A DNA stretch of 64,000 bases from Vitrella brassicaformis CCMP3155 (taxonomy: Eukaryota > Protista > Chromerida): the NCBI GenBank assembly GCA_001179505.1, contig CDMY01000185.1, positions 62,001 through 126,000 of the forward strand, written 5' to 3'. The position numbers and the translations under genes were made by a program. A model generated the notes under the pieces. The model did no database searches, had not been told where the DNA came from, and saw nothing but the letters and a program-made list of their open reading frames with translations. Of this stretch, positions 62,467 through 64,000 are shown in pieces (positions within the stretch are counted from its first letter, which is position 1; the number at the start of each line of letters is the position of its first letter).

Positions 62467-63035
62467 CTATCCCTTTCTCTGCCTTGCTGTCGGCGGCGGC
62501 GGCATCTGGTTGGTGTCTGCGGGCATCTTGCTCACTGGAACGCATACATTGCCTGTACGCACCAACACACGCACACCGAGAAAGAGAGCGACAAACAAAC
62601 GGTATGTCCCCTGCCTGTTGTCTTGTGTCCTCCCCAGCTGTTCCAATCAGCCCGTACCTTTCTTATCCTTGTCCGGCAGCACCACCGTCGGCTGTACGTC
62701 CACACAATCAGTATGTGGCCTGTTGTCTTGTGTCCTCCCTAGGTGTGCTGCAATCAAGCACGTACCTTGTCCGGCACCAAGTTGTACACCGCCGACTTGA
62801 AACCCTCCGGACCCTCGGCGGCGAGTTCAAAGACACGCGCCACCCTGATCGTCGAGTCCTCTTCGAGCGCCTTGATCTTCGCCTTTTTGTTCGCGTCGTC
62901 CCCGAAGTCCCCGTTCTCGATCTCCTCGCGCCAGTGGTTCTTCGCCCACGCTTTCCGTTTGTTGGTCAGAGGGTACGTCGTCAAAGGGGGACTCCAATCG
63001 AAGCCATATTGAAAGAAATGCGCAAACGCCCACAT
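62467..63035 (-). CDS. Small hypothetical protein, paralog B
   Basis: MWAFAHFFQYGFDWSPPLTTYPLTNKRKAWAKNHWREEIENG...NLVPDK|PTVVLPDKDKK|GNVCVPVSKMPADTNQM...RQRKG-stop. The start codon is uncertain. Confidence 0.6.
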
Positions 63036-63156
63036 TCCCTTCTCGAAAAGCCGGAGAGAGACGCGAGCTTGCCAGCTCGCAAAAGGGCCATGTCCCCGGC
63101 CTTGCCTGAAGCCCTGCTGCATGGCAATAGAGATGACTGTAGAAGAAAAGCTGTAG

Positions 63157-64000
63157 ATGAGGGGCCAGAGCATCCGGCCCGACTTCCTCCCGGCGCACAG
63201 CAAAGAGAACGGCGTCGCGGTGCCGACAAGGAGCATCCAGCAGGCCCTCGCCAGATGCGCCCAGAGCGGCGTGGCCAGCCTCAGCCAGCGGGGGCTGCGG
63301 GAGCTGCCCATGGAGCTCTTCGACTTGAGCAAGGCGCAGATCGAGGGCGTCAACTGGTGGGAATGCAACGCGCTGACCAAGATGGACATATCCTACAATG
63401 AGATCTCGGCCATCCCTGAGGTACGCAATGAAGAAAATAAAGAAATGCCGTTGTAGTCTCATGTTAATTGCTGAGGGTCGGTGATGTTGATGTTGATGTG
63501 GTCATGCAGGCTGTGTCGAGCCTTGAAGACCTCTCTGTGGTGATCGGCATGCACAACCGGTTCGACGCCCTCCCTGAGGCGCTGTTCAAGCTCCCGAGCC
63601 TCAAGTGCCTCCACTTCGCTCACAACAGACTCACATCGCTTCCCGGCAGCATGGCCAACTGCACGTCCCTGGTGGACCTCGACTTCTCCTGCAACAGCCT
63701 GTCTACGATGCCTTGTGTGGCGAAGCTGACAAACCTGGAGTCGCTCCAGCTGGATGGGAACGACCTCACGGTGAAACACGCATTCATTGCATATCAGATG
63801 GTGAACTGATTGATGTGACGAGTGGGCGGCGAGGCGATGTGTGTTGGGTGGGTGCAGATGCTGCCTGATGGGACTGAGCATCTGGCCAGGCTGAGCAAGC
63901 TGAGCGTGTCCAAGAACCAGCTGGAGAGTCTGCCCGACGGCATCGGCGACCTGGGCCACCTCAGGGAGCTCAACGTCCACGCCAACAAAGTCGCGGCGCT
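63157..64000 (+). CDS. LRRC40: Leucine-rich repeat protein, LRRC40-like (5' part, runs off the window)
   Basis: QQALARCAQSGVASLSQRGLRELP...NWWECNALTKMDISYNEISAIP resembles the LRRC40 N-terminus. It is followed by regular LxxLxLxxNxLxxLP repeats in GT-AG-bounded exons. Confidence 0.7.

Larger units (their letters stand above)
59820..63150. repeat. Diverged tandem segmental duplication (about 59820-61580 versus about 62090-63150)
   Basis: Alignable by eye in the 3' flank (60110-60280 vs 62228-62465), the coding region (60600-60990 vs 62690-63085) and a 28-bp identical block (61551-61578 vs 63120-63147). Confidence 0.9.

Noticed and set aside
62484-63401. 305-aa plus-strand ORF
   Set aside because: It is antisense to paralog B and out of frame with the LRR gene, with no protein-like motifs.

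Overview
Gene-dense, intron-rich eukaryotic DNA. Introns are short and packed with (AC)n/(GT)n/(AG)n/(CT)n microsatellites. By style it resembles a chromerid alveolate such as Vitrella, but this is inference. I spliced gene models by hand using GT/GC-AG signals and frame continuity, so the outer coordinates are approximate. About 22 protein-coding loci were found. Recognisable genes: ADO/PCO thiol dioxygenase, a JmjC (KDM4/5-like) demethylase, a TPR protein, PRA1, ABCF3/GCN20, a FAD monooxygenase, a cNMP-domain protein, DUSP12/YVH1, BRR2/SNRNP200 and an LRRC40-like gene. There are three 300-N gaps. I found no rRNA, tRNA, CRISPR array or recognisable transposon. The most striking items are three intron-containing genes built on prokaryote/phage-type modules. 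(1) A small signal-peptide protein ending in a phage-tailspike/MYRF-type self-cleaving Peptidase_S74 chaperone with an intact Ser-Lys dyad (45478-46502). (2) A very large receptor-like protein with a glycine-betaine-type periplasmic binding domain, Cys-rich repeats and a multi-TM region (21384-28432). (3) A TM-dCache-TM orphan sensor with no evident enzymatic output domain (7977-11468). Also notable: complementary AC/GT repeats bracketing introns, a recurrent AGCTCGC motif in divergent promoters, and a segmental duplication in which one intron appears to derive from a copy of another.
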